Assembly (NCBI GenBank): GCA_002404605.1
Contig: DHKA01000080.1
Coordinates: 1 to 57,056, forward strand
Direction: 5' to 3'
DNA length: 57,056 nucleotides
Source of the DNA: Clostridiales bacterium UBA4706
Lineage (GTDB): Bacteria; Bacillota; Clostridia; Oscillospirales; Oscillospiraceae
Program-made: the position numbers and the translations under genes
The notes under the pieces: model-generated
What the model was told of the DNA's origin: nothing
The model's input: only the letters and a program-made list of their open reading frames with translations
Database searches by the model: none
Shown: one piece after another, positions 1 through 8,602 of the stretch
How the letters are laid out: each line of letters starts with the position of its first letter
Numbering within the stretch: position 1 is the first letter of the stretch

Positions 1-15
1 TTACATCACAATGTT

Positions 16-423
16 TCAAACTTCAACCTTCACATTCTCTATGCCGTGCTTCTCAAACTCGGCAAAGTACTCTTCCATGCGCGCGTTCAGCTCTTCCGCG
101 TCGTCCTGGCTGATCTGCTCGGCGCTCATATCGCGCCGCGCGAGCTCCTCAGCCAGAATGTCGTAGAAAACGGCGTCCTCATAGTCGGCGATCGCCTCGT
201 GGATGCCGCCTTCCTCGTACGCGCGGGAGGGGTACGAGTGGCCGCGCCAGCGCTGAACGAGCGCGCGCATCCCGTGCTCCGGGCAGAGCGAAAAGAGTTT
301 TTCCTCGAGATTGTCATAGTCCTCAAACCGGTCGTCGTCCCGGCAGGAATTGAGGATCCAGTTCCCGATGTACACCATGTCCAGAAGCCGCCGGAATTCT
401 TTTTCCGTCAGTTCAAGCTGCAT
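16..423 (-). CDS. hypothetical acidic cytoplasmic protein, no family recognised
   Basis: ORF 16..462 (-). Start moved to ATG 423 (MQLELTEKEF...), which has GGAG about 9 nt upstream. No diagnostic motif. Confidence 0.5.
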   Translation of the reverse strand: MQLELTEKEFRRLLDMVYIGNWILNSCRDDDRFEDYDNLEEKLFSLCPEHGMRALVQRWRGHSYPSRAYEEGGIHEAIADYEDAVFYDILAEELARRDMSAEQISQDDAEELNARMEEYFAEFEKHGIENVKVEV

Positions 424-579
424 TACGATCCACTCCTCTCTGTGAACGCACATTGACATCATATTATAACAAGAGATCCGGAAAATTGCTATACAATTTT
501 TCGCTTGTCATCGGAGACGTTTTCGCATATAATCTATAAACCAAATGCCGGGGAGACCGGCGTGTCGGGAGTGAATGTC

Positions 580-1038
580 ATGCGAATGAAAGACGTTATC
601 ATATCGGTCACCGGCGTGCAGCAGGGCGTAAACGGCCCCGACGCTATGGAGCTCGTCACGGCCGGACAGTACGGCCAGGACGAGAAGGAAACGCTGCTCA
701 CCTGGCAGGAGAGCGAGCTCACCGGCATGGAGGGGACGAAAACGTCGCTTCGCGTGCAGCCGCGCGGCGTTGTGCTCTCGCGCGAGGGGACGCTCAACAC
801 CCGCATGGAGTTTGAAGAGGGGCGCAAGCGCTACTTCCTGTACGAAACGCCGTTCGGCTCGGCGACGATGGGGCTGAACACCCGGCGCATCGTCAACCGC
901 CTCGGTGCGCACGGCGGCGAGATCGAGATCGACTACAGCGTGGATATGGACGATACGGTCGTTGGCCGCAACCGGTTTTTCATCCGCGTGCAGGAGCCGC
1001 GGCCGAGCCATATCAGTGATGTGACGTATCCCAATTAA
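580..1038 (+). CDS. DUF1934 (YwiB-like beta-barrel) domain protein
   Basis: ORF 505..1038. ATG 580 (MRMKDVIISV...) follows GGGAG. Size and sequence pattern resemble the DUF1934 family. Confidence 0.55.
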   Translation: MRMKDVIISVTGVQQGVNGPDAMELVTAGQYGQDEKETLLTWQESELTGMEGTKTSLRVQPRGVVLSREGTLNTRMEFEEGRKRYFLYETPFGSATMGLNTRRIVNRLGAHGGEIEIDYSVDMDDTVVGRNRFFIRVQEPRPSHISDVTYPN

Positions 1039-1052
1039 TTTTCCTTATAAAG

Positions 1053-1172
1053 CCTCCCTTGCGCAAAGGGAGGTGGCAAACCCGAAGGGGTTGACGGCGG
1101 GATTGTCGTTTTCCAAAGACTACAATCCCCAGTCTCGCCTTCAGCGAGCCAGCCCCCTTTACACAAGGGGGT
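1053..1172. repeat. REP-like element, two inverted ~55-bp units, each ending in a GC hairpin
   Basis: Hairpins CCTCCCTT-gcgca-AAGGGAGG (1053-1073) and CCCCCTT-tacac-AAGGGGG (1153-1171). Inner arms share TGGC...GGGATTGT with the copy at 8514-8565. The T-run after the second hairpin can terminate the DUF1934 gene. Confidence 0.6.
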
Positions 1173-1182
1173 CTTTTATTTT

Positions 1183-1704
1183 TTACAGATGCAGCACATT
1201 GACGCAGAACGCCGCGGCGAGGAAGCCCGCGAGATCAGCGCAGAGCGCCGCAGGGACGGCGTGGCGCGTTTTGCGCACGCCCGCCGCGCCGAAGTAGACG
1301 GAGAGAACGTAAAACGTTGTCTCCGTCGAGCCGAGCATGACCGCTGCGGTGCGTCCGGCGGAGGAGTCTGCGCCGCACGCGGTGAAAATATCCCCGGCCA
1401 CGGCAAGCGCGCCGCTGCCGCTCATCGGGCGCAGCAGTATGAGCGGCACGGTTTCCGGCGGAATACCAAGAAAGGAGAGCGCAGGCCGCAGCAGCGCCGT
1501 GAATGCGTCGATCGCGCCCGAGGCGCGCAGCGCTCCGACCGCCGGGAGCAGACACACGAGCACCGGCGCAATGCGCCCCACCGTCCGCAGCCCTTTGAGA
1601 GCGCCGTCAGTGAGCGCGGAGAAAACGTCCGTTCCGCGAAAGAGCGCGTACCCGCCGATGCCCACGGCGAGCAGCGCGGGGAGCAGCTGGAAGAGCGTTT
1701 TCAC
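1183..1704 (-). CDS. spmB: spore maturation protein B (nucleoside-recognition domain membrane protein)
   Basis: ORF 1183..1881 (-). Likely GTG start at 1704 (VKTLFQLLP...), overlapping the spmA stop as GTGA. Hydrophobic SpmB-like sequence. Confidence 0.75.
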   Translation of the reverse strand: MKTLFQLLPALLAVGIGGYALFRGTDVFSALTDGALKGLRTVGRIAPVLVCLLPAVGALRASGAIDAFTALLRPALSFLGIPPETVPLILLRPMSGSGALAVAGDIFTACGADSSAGRTAAVMLGSTETTFYVLSVYFGAAGVRKTRHAVPAALCADLAGFLAAAFCVNVLHL

Positions 1705-2276
1705 GGCGCTCTCCGGAAAAGCCGCTCGGCGAGCAGTCCCGCGGCTACGCCCGCCGCGGACGATATCCACACTGCGGGCAGAATGTCGAACGCATTTTCC
1801 GCGCCGCAGGCCGAGCGCAGCGCCGCGGCGGTCGTCGGGAGAAGCTGAATGGACGCGGTGTTTAGCACGACGAGACGGCATAGCTCGTTGGATGCCGCCT
1901 CTCCGCCGGAGCGCTCGTGCAGCCGCTGCGCCGCGCGGATCCCGGCGGGCGTGGCGGCGTTGCCGAGCCCGAGCAGGTTTGCGCTCATGTTGCAGGAAAG
2001 CTCTCCGGCCAGCTCCGGGTCATTCCGGGACGAGGGAAACAGCCGCCCCAGCACCGGGCGCAGCGCGCGGGAGAGCTTTTCGGTCAGCCCTGAGTGCTCC
2101 ATGACCTCGAGAAGGGCGCTGTAGAAGATCATCGGCCCGGCGAGCGAGAGCGTGAGCTCCACGGCGCTCTGCGCACCCTGCACCGCCGCCGCGCCGACAG
2201 CACCCGCCGAGCCGGTGAGCGCACCGAAAACGACCGACACAAAAAGAAGAATGACCCAGACATATGACATAGCCAT
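1701..2276 (-). CDS. spmA: spore maturation protein A (nucleoside-recognition domain membrane protein)
   Basis: ORF 1701..2525 (-). Start at ATG 2276 or 2270 (MAMSYVWVILLF...). SpmA-like; coupled to spmB. Confidence 0.75.
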   Translation of the reverse strand: MAMSYVWVILLFVSVVFGALTGSAGAVGAAAVQGAQSAVELTLSLAGPMIFYSALLEVMEHSGLTEKLSRALRPVLGRLFPSSRNDPELAGELSCNMSANLLGLGNAATPAGIRAAQRLHERSGGEAASNELCRLVVLNTASIQLLPTTAAALRSACGAENAFDILPAVWISSAAGVAAGLLAERLFRRAP

Positions 2277-2328
2277 GAAGAGACCTCGCAAGGAAAAAAA
2301 TACCAATAAAAATCGGGGCGGTTGCATC

Positions 2329-2366
2329 TTGCAATTTCGTATCGGCCAGTATAAAATTTTGTCGAA
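2329..2366 (+). promoter_or_regulatory. abrB promoter (TTGCAA-17-TAAAAT) with a perfect Spo0A box TGTCGAA just downstream
   Basis: -35 at 2329-2334, -10 at 2352-2357, 0A box at 2360-2366. This is the position where Spo0A~P represses abrB in Bacillus. Confidence 0.5.
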
Positions 2367-2397
2367 AAGAGTATTTTGATAAGGGGTGTACGGATCT

Positions 2398-2646
2398 ATG
2401 AAATCAACGGGGATCGTCCGCCGGATCGACGATCTGGGACGAGTGGTACTGCCGGTAGAGCTGCGCCGGACATTGAATCTGGAGGTGCGCGATCCGGTGG
2501 AAATATTCATCGAGGGCGACGCCATCGTCCTCCGGAAGTATGACGCCGCGTGCCTGTTCTGCGGCGCGACGCGCGAACTTCTCTCCTACCGGGGAAAGCA
2601 GATCTGCCGGAGCTGCCTGCAACGGCTGCGGGACGAAACAAAATAA
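2398..2646 (+). CDS. abrB: AbrB/SpoVT-family transition-state regulator with C-terminal CxxC...CxxC
   Basis: MKSTGIVRRIDDLGRVVLPVELRR is the canonical AbrB swapped-hairpin N-terminus. RBS AAGGGG lies upstream of ATG 2398. Confidence 0.9.
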   Translation: MKSTGIVRRIDDLGRVVLPVELRRTLNLEVRDPVEIFIEGDAIVLRKYDAACLFCGATRELLSYRGKQICRSCLQRLRDETK

Positions 2647-2651
2647 AATGA

Positions 2652-2688
2652 GCTGCCGCATACAAAGCATATGCGGCAGCCCTTTTTT
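2652..2688. terminator. bidirectional intrinsic terminator
   Basis: GCTGCCGCATA / TATGCGGCAGC stem followed by a T-run. Sits between convergent abrB and the lipid kinase gene. Confidence 0.8.
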
Positions 2689-2694
2689 ATTATG

Positions 2695-3593
2695 TTATGC
2701 GTTTGCGGCTCCGACCGGCGCTTCCGCGAAGGCCGCGGCGCGGTAGGCCGTCACATCGGGGACGGTCTCGCCGTCGATCTGCAGCGGGGCGGGGCGGTCA
2801 AACTCCACAGTGATCTCCCGCCCGGTCAGCACCTCGACCACATCCGTATGCCGGATGTGCTCTCCCTTGAAGACGGACGGAAACACGGCAAGCGCCTTCA
2901 GCTTGCTGCGGCTTCGGAACACCATCACGGAAAGCAGCCGCGGCTGCGCGAGACGGTTTTGCTGCGGCGTCGGGATCATGCCGCCGCCGTAATACCGCCC
3001 GTGCATCGTGGGAGCGAGCCATACGTGCTCGTAGGCGTGCTTCACGCCGTCCACCGTGACAACGGCGGAAGTCGGCTTATAGAAGTCGGCTTATAGTGGA
3101 ACAGAAGTCCCTTTACGGCGATGGAGGTATAATTTACCGGGTTCGTTGACGTTTCCCGCTGGCGGTCGCCCACCAGACAGCAGTACCCGTCGATGACGTA
3201 GCCGATGCCGTTGAGAAAATACCGGCGCTCGCCGTTCACGTACACCGACGGAAGCTCCGTTAGGTACCGGTCGATGCACCGGGGCGCGTCGCCCGTCTTT
3301 CCGCCGATATCGGTGAAAAAGTCGTTGCCGCTGCCGGTGGCAAAGTAATAGATGCTTTGGCCGGGGCAAAGCGACGCGGTGTCGTTGATGAAGCGGGTGA
3401 GCGTACCGTCGCCGCCCGCGATCACGACGCGGTCCCCGGCGGGGAGAGAAGCGAAAAATGCGCCGTAGTCTCCGATCTCCGCAATGTCGTAAAAATGCAG
3501 CTCGCCGTCGGAAAGCAGCGCGTGGAGCTTTTGCGCCGCTTCCGTGCCGCGGCCGTTTCCCGCGTGGGGGTTATACAGAACATGATAGGTCAT
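2695..3593 (-). pseudogene. YegS/BmrU/DAGK-family lipid kinase, frameshifted by a 14-bp tandem duplication
   Basis: ORFs 3042..3593 (GGDGT motif) and 2695..3054 are the two halves of one kinase. Removing one 14-bp copy restores a single 885-nt frame. Confidence 0.8.
3068..3095. repeat. perfect 14-bp tandem duplication GAAGTCGGCTTATA x2
   Basis: Read directly from the sequence: copies at 3068-3081 and 3082-3095. Confidence 0.95.
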
Positions 3594-4436
3594 ACTGCAT
3601 TCGTCTCTTTCTTCGTTGGTATGGTTTGCCGGTCCTCCAGCATTCGTGCGCGGACGATCTCACCGATCTCGCGCGTGTGCGGTCTGGCAACGGTATTGCT
3701 GTCCAGCACGTCTAGCATGTCGAACCGGACGAGCGTTCGCCTTCTTGCAAAGCGATGGGCAATTTGCTCCGTACCGGTCGTTTTTGCGATCACGATGGGA
3801 GCACCTGCGCGCTTTGCGATTTGAAAAGCGCCGCAGCGGAAGGGGAGAAGCTCCCCCCGTTTTGCTGCGCGTCCCCTCCGGATAAATGCCGATGGATACG
3901 GTGCCCTGCCGCAGCAGCTCGGCGGCCTGCCGGATCGTTTCCAGCGCTTTGCGGTTGTCCTCGCGGTCTATGGACAGGAAAAAACACTTGTGTACGAAGC
4001 TCCCTGTGATGGGAATATCGAAAATTTCCGGTTTGGCAATGTAGCCAAGCTCCGAGTGTTGGCAAACGGCAATGGCGATGAACGGGTCAAAGTTGGACCG
4101 ATGGTTGGCCGCCAGCAGAAACGGCGGAAGACCTTCCAGCTTTTCCAGCCCGGAGCATTCAATTTTGACCCGACCCAGACGCAGGATGAGCCATACCGTC
4201 TGGTTCAACAGCCAGCGGGAAACGGGATCTTTCTTCTCCACCGGCTTCGATTTATCCACCGTCAGAGAAATGAGATACAGCAGCAGAAAATAGAGCGCCG
4301 TCGCCGCGAGAAACCACCCGATCCAGACCGGGAGCGCGAGAAAGAGATCGTACCAGCGCCGCGGCAGGGAATGACGGAAAAATGTTTCAATCGTCATCGC
4401 CGCGCTGACGGCGATGAGCCCGATATAGACGGTCAT
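3590..4436 (-). pseudogene. plsC: 1-acyl-sn-glycerol-3-phosphate acyltransferase, frameshifted in a C6/G6 homopolymer
   Basis: NHRSNFD and EGTRS motifs in ORF 3660..4475. The C-terminus continues in ORF 3590..3793 in another frame. One base fewer at 3853-3858 gives ...TGELLPFRCGAFQIAKRAGAPIVIAKTTG... Confidence 0.8.
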
Positions 4437-4595
4437 AGGAATCCCCTCTTTCGATGGATGGAGAAACTTTGTCACAGTTCATCTTAAATCGCCCTCTGAG
4501 GGGAAACCATGGCGAAAAATGTCGAACTCTTCGAATTGCGGTAAAACCGTACATAATGCGCCAATTTGCACAAATTGCCGTTTTTACGCAAAAAT

Positions 4596-4652
4596 AGCCG
4601 CCCCATATGGGACGGCTATTGTAAAAGAGCGGCGCCGGTTTCCGGCGCCGCA
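4596..4652 (-). terminator. two tandem intrinsic terminator hairpins
   Basis: On the minus strand: GCGGCGCCGG-aaa-CCGGCGCCGC followed by TCTTTT, then ATAGCCGTCCC..GGGGCGGCTAT followed by TTTT. Confidence 0.7.
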
Positions 4653-4659
4653 AAGATTT

Positions 4660-5250
4660 TTAGTAGAGCGAGGCGATCACATCTACGCACTTTTCGATGC
4701 CGAGCGAGCCGGAATCGAGAATGATGTGGTAGTGGTTCATGTTGCCCCATTCGAGATCGGTGTAGAACTGATAATAGAGCGCGCGGCGCTTGTCCTTGTC
4801 GCGCAGGCGCTTCTCGGTCGGCTCCTCGGTCTCGCCGTATTTTTCCACGATGCGCTTGGCGCGCTTTTCAAAGTCGGCGTGGACGAACACCTTGAGAAGA
4901 TCGGCGGTACCGTCGAGAATAGCGTCGGCACAGCGGCCGACGATCACGCAGTTTTCCTTCTGGCCGAGCTCAAGAATGATGCGGCGCTGGATCGCCCAGA
5001 GATAGTCCTGGTTGGACGGTACGCCGAACGAGCGCACCGAGGAGAACGCCACCGCCGTCCAGCTGCTGTGGGAGGCGTATTCGCTCTCGTTGGTGATGTA
5101 TTCCTTGGAAAGTCCGCTCTCTTCGGCCAGCCGGTCGATCAGCTCATGGTCATAGCATGGGATGCCGAGCCGCTCGGCGACTTCCTTGCCGATGGTGCGT
5201 CCGCCGCTGCCAAACTCGCGTCCGATGGTGATGATGCGTTTCTTTTCCAT
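4660..5250 (-). CDS. cytidylate kinase-like family P-loop protein
   Basis: IITIGREFGSGGRTIGKEVA N-terminus is typical of the cytidylate-kinase-like AAA family. Confidence 0.65.
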   Translation of the reverse strand: MEKKRIITIGREFGSGGRTIGKEVAERLGIPCYDHELIDRLAEESGLSKEYITNESEYASHSSWTAVAFSSVRSFGVPSNQDYLWAIQRRIILELGQKENCVIVGRCADAILDGTADLLKVFVHADFEKRAKRIVEKYGETEEPTEKRLRDKDKRRALYYQFYTDLEWGNMNHYHIILDSGSLGIEKCVDVIASLY

Positions 5251-5333
5251 AAAACAGCCTCCTTATAACCGGTAGGTGGTGGATTTCTGTGACAGCATTA
5301 TAGCATATTTCTTTGCCGGAGGAAAGCGAAAAA

Positions 5334-6185
5334 TTACTCTTCTGTGTTAATTTCCTTTTCGCGCACGAGCGCGGCGTGGTAAAGATCGTTGCGGCTCTGT
5401 CCCGTCTCGGCGGCGGCGCGCCTGGCTGCGTCCTTGAGCTTCATGCCCCCGGCGCGGTATTCCTCCACGAGCGCGAGCGCGTCCTCCAGCGGGAGGCGCG
5501 GCCCCTTTTCGACCGGCGCGCCGCGGACGACGAGCACGAATTCGCCGCGCGGTCTCTCGGCGCGGTATTTTTCGAGCGCCGCGCCGATCGTCGTGCGGAC
5601 GATCTCCTCGTGAAGCTTCGTGAGCTCGCGCCCGAGCGCGATGTCCCGGTCGCCGAGCACGTCGTACAGATCGCCGAGCGTTTCCACGAGCTTGTGCGGC
5701 GCTTCGTAAAGGACGATCGTCCGGTGCTCGTGCCGCAGCGATTCAAGATGCTCCTTCCGGGACTTGTTCGATGTGGAGAGAAAGCCTTCAAACGTGAACC
5801 GCTGCGTCGGCAGACCGGACATGGCGAGCGCCGTGATGACCGCGCTCGGCCCCGGCGCTGCCGAAACCGTGATGCCGTGCTCGCCGCACAGCCGTACCAG
5901 CTCTTCACCGGGGTCGGAGATCGCAGGCATGCCCGCGTCAGAGACGAGCGCGCAGCTCTCTCCACCGAGCAGCCGGGGGATAATAACGGCGGCGCTTTCC
6001 ACCTTGTTGTGCTCATAATAGCTGATGAGCGGGCGGCGGATGCCGAAGTGGTTCAAGAGCTTCAGTGTGACGCGCGTATCCTCCGCGGCGATGAAGTCCA
6101 CATTTTTCAGCGTTTCGATCGCGCGGGGGGAGAGATCGTTCAGATTGCCGATGGGCGTTCCCACCAGATATAAGGTTCCGGCCAT
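5334..6185 (-). CDS. rsmI: 16S rRNA (cytidine1402-2'-O)-methyltransferase
   Basis: LYLVGTPIGNLNDLSPRAIETL...EDTR...SDAGMPAISDPG tetrapyrrole-methylase-fold motifs. Confidence 0.9.
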   Translation of the reverse strand: MAGTLYLVGTPIGNLNDLSPRAIETLKNVDFIAAEDTRVTLKLLNHFGIRRPLISYYEHNKVESAAVIIPRLLGGESCALVSDAGMPAISDPGEELVRLCGEHGITVSAAPGPSAVITALAMSGLPTQRFTFEGFLSTSNKSRKEHLESLRHEHRTIVLYEAPHKLVETLGDLYDVLGDRDIALGRELTKLHEEIVRTTIGAALEKYRAERPRGEFVLVVRGAPVEKGPRLPLEDALALVEEYRAGGMKLKDAARRAAAETGQSRNDLYHAALVREKEINTEE

Positions 6186-6190
6186 AAAGA

Positions 6191-6898
6191 TTATGCCTCC
6201 CAGTGGCAGATTTTCCGGTATTCTTCGGTTTCGCGGCCGTCGGCGCCGCGCAGCAGGACGTTTTCGCGGCGGATATCGACCTCGTCTGCGCCCTTCACGG
6301 CTTCCATGAGAAAAATAGGTGCGCGCTTTCCCGGCGCGGAGAAAACGTCCCTGCGGCGCACCGGCGTGAGATGGGCCCGCCGCAGCGCCGCGAGAATCTC
6401 AATCTCCCGCGGCAAGCGGTGGACAAGAAAGAATTGCCCGCCGGGTTTGAGATACCGCGCGGCGGCAGAGCAGAGCTCCCAAACGGTCGCGCTTTCGGTA
6501 CGTTGTGCGGCGCGCTCCGCGTCGGGCGAGACGGCGCCGCGTCCCGCCGGAAAATACGGCGGATTCGATACGATAAAATCGAGACTTTCGCTCTCGAACG
6601 GCGCGCTCCGGTAATCGGCGCAGACGACATCGCCGCGCTCTTCGAGCGCAAAGGCGCGCAGATTCTCCCGTGCGCTCGCCGCGGCGCTCTCGCGCAGCTC
6701 AATGCCCGTCATATGCCGGGCACCGTCTCCCAGCAGCAAAAGAAGCAGAAGTATCCCGCTGCCGCAGCCGAGGTCTGCGCCATATATCCCGCGGGCATCT
6801 CCGGCAAAATCGGCAAGCAGCAGCGCGTCCGTTCCGGCTCTCTCGCCGGTAAAAAGATCCCAGTCCATGTGTTCATTATAAAATAAATACGGCGGCAT
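6191..6898 (-). CDS. SAM-dependent methyltransferase, tRNA1(Val) m6A37 (YfiC/TrmN6)-like
   Basis: DLGCGSG SAM motif and NPPY motif (VSNPPYF). Conserved position next to rsmI. Confidence 0.7.
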   Translation of the reverse strand: MPPYLFYNEHMDWDLFTGERAGTDALLLADFAGDARGIYGADLGCGSGILLLLLLLGDGARHMTGIELRESAAASARENLRAFALEERGDVVCADYRSAPFESESLDFIVSNPPYFPAGRGAVSPDAERAAQRTESATVWELCSAAARYLKPGGQFFLVHRLPREIEILAALRRAHLTPVRRRDVFSAPGKRAPIFLMEAVKGADEVDIRRENVLLRGADGRETEEYRKICHWEA

Positions 6899-6970
6899 GA
6901 CAAGCCCGAAAGGGCAGGCATACCGCCGTTGTGAGCCGCGGGAGTGGCACCTCCCGCAGCCGAAGAAGGA

Positions 6971-7138
6971 TTACTGCTCCTCGATGGCCTCGATGGGGCA
7001 GTTGCTGGCGCAGGAACCGCACTGGGCGCAGACGTCCTGGTTGATCTCGTAATGATCAGCGCCTTCGGAAATCGCGTCGCAGGGGCACACGCTCGCGCAG
7101 GTGCCGCAGGAAATGCAGCTGTCGGTAATGACGTACAT
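6971..7138 (-). CDS. 2x[4Fe-4S] ferredoxin
   Basis: MYVITDSCISCGTCASVCP...CAQCGSCASNCP, i.e. two CxxCxxCxxxCP motifs. Start taken at ATG 7138. Confidence 0.9.
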   Translation of the reverse strand: MYVITDSCISCGTCASVCPCDAISEGADHYEINQDVCAQCGSCASNCPIEAIEEQ

Positions 7139-7345
7139 GGTATGTACCTCCTCTTTTTGGGATACCCGCATTGTAACATATATCCCTTAAAATGCAACCC
7201 AAAAATTCTTCCTTGTCGGAAAATTTTCAAAAAACGAGAAAAACGGAGAAAATCAAAGAAAAATTGCGAATGAGCGAGATAGAAAAAGACAAAACGCCGC
7301 CGCCTCCGTTCCCGGCGAAATCCGGCCCATCCGGGACGTTGAGAA

Positions 7346-7398
7346 TTTGACGTTCTTTGACTATTATACAGTCAAAGAAAAGGTTAAAGAAAGTCAAA
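7346..7398 (+). promoter_or_regulatory. CtsR operators (GTCAAA heptad repeats) in the ctsR promoter region
   Basis: 7346-7362 on the minus strand reads AGTCAAAgaaCGTCAAA. 7382-7398 reads GGTTAAAgaaAGTCAAA. An extra heptad AGTCAAA sits at 7370-7376. Consensus is RGTCAAAnanRGTCAAA. Confidence 0.75.
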
Positions 7399-7427
7399 GA
7401 TAACATGATCGAAGAAGGGATGCCGCT

Positions 7428-7910
7428 ATGGGGACAAGTGATCGGATCGCACGGTTCATTCTGGATGTGCTGGAAAGCGCGGACGGAACGGCGGAGTTGC
7501 AGCGAAGCTCTCTGGCCGACCGTTTCGGCTGTGTGCCGAGCCAGATCAACTATGTGATCGCCACGCGGTTCAGTCCCGAGCGCGGGTACATGGTCGAGTC
7601 GCGGCGCGGCGGCGGCGGATACATCCGCATCACGCGCGTGCAGCCGGACGTCTCCCAGTTCATCATGCACACGGTGAACGCCGTGGGCCGGGAGCTGGAT
7701 AAGCCGACGGCGGACGCGCTGCTCCACAACGCCGTGAACGCCGGTGCGCTCGATGTTTCCTTTGCCCGGCTGATCGCCGCGGCGGTCAGCGAGCGGGCGC
7801 TCCATGCCGTTCCGGTCGAGATACGGAAGACGGTGCGCTCATCGATATTCAAACAAATGCTGCTCACAACAGCATCCGACGGATTTTTTGAAAGGAGATC
7901 ATTACAATGA
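7428..7910 (+). CDS. ctsR: class III stress gene repressor CtsR
   Basis: SDRIARFILDVL...SQINYVIATRF...GYMVESRRGGGGYIRI is diagnostic for CtsR. Confidence 0.9.
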   Translation: MGTSDRIARFILDVLESADGTAELQRSSLADRFGCVPSQINYVIATRFSPERGYMVESRRGGGGYIRITRVQPDVSQFIMHTVNAVGRELDKPTADALLHNAVNAGALDVSFARLIAAAVSERALHAVPVEIRKTVRSSIFKQMLLTTASDGFFERRSLQ

Positions 7911-8449
7911 AATGCGAGATCTGCAAGAAGAACGAAGCTCAGTTCTATTATAAGGAATCCATTAACGGAAAGACCACGGAAAAGCATCTGTGCGCCGAAT
8001 GCGCCCATAAGGAAGGTCTGGACAGGATCTTCGAGCGCGAGGCGAACAGCGTGCTCACCTCCTTCGGCAAGATGATGGACAGCTTCCTGCTGCCGGACGT
8101 CGATTTCTTCGGCTTTGGCCGTCTGCCGTCGATCGGCGAGATGTTCAAGCCGCTGCTGACGCTTTCGGAGCATGAGCCGGAAGTCGAAATGCATGAGGAG
8201 GCCGACCCGCTCGAAGCAAAGGCCGAGGAGAAGGGCGAGGAAGCGCTGGGTCACAAGGGTGAAGAGCCGAGCGTGCGCGAGGACGCCTATCCGCTGGAAG
8301 CGGAGGCCGAGGAGCATGCCGAGGAAGCCTTTGAGCAGCGCCGCGAGCTGAACGCTCTGCGCCACAAAATGCACAAGGCCGTCGAGGAAGAGGATTTTGA
8401 AACGGCCATCGAGCTGCGCGACATGATCCGGAAAATGGAAAACAAGTAA
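7907..8449 (+). CDS. UvrB/UvrC-motif protein, McsA-like
   Basis: N-terminal CEIC...CAEC zinc finger, acidic linker, C-terminal UVR motif (FETAIELRDMIRKME). ATGA overlap with ctsR. Confidence 0.7.
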   Translation: MKCEICKKNEAQFYYKESINGKTTEKHLCAECAHKEGLDRIFEREANSVLTSFGKMMDSFLLPDVDFFGFGRLPSIGEMFKPLLTLSEHEPEVEMHEEADPLEAKAEEKGEEALGHKGEEPSVREDAYPLEAEAEEHAEEAFEQRRELNALRHKMHKAVEEEDFETAIELRDMIRKMENK

Positions 8450-8475
8450 AGTCTTTTCTCCGAAAAAGACATAGA

Positions 8476-8505
8476 ACGGAGCGGATTCTATCCGCTCCGT
8501 TTTCT
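8476..8505 (+). terminator. intrinsic terminator between the mcsA-like gene and clpC
   Basis: ACGGAGCGGA-ttcta-TCCGCTCCGT followed by TTTTC. Confidence 0.7.
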
Positions 8506-8513
8506 TATACATG

Positions 8514-8565
8514 GCTCCCTTGTGTAAAGGGAGCTGGCAGCCGACAGGCTGACTGAGGGATTGTC
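8514..8565 (+). repeat. REP-like element, third copy of the 1053-1172 family
   Basis: GCTCCCTT-gtgta-AAGGGAGC hairpin followed by CTGGCagccgacaGGCtGACTGagGGATTGT. Aligns with the minus-strand unit at 1121-1172. Confidence 0.6.
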
Positions 8566-8602
8566 TTTCCCGGTTGGCCTTTTGTGGAAGGAGACGACGA
8601 AT

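Noticed and set aside
2530-2646. CxxC...CxxC tail on AbrB as a possible novel fusion
   Set aside because: To my recollection, clostridial AbrB homologues frequently carry such a Cys-containing C-terminus, so it is probably lineage-typical rather than novel. I could not verify this without a search.
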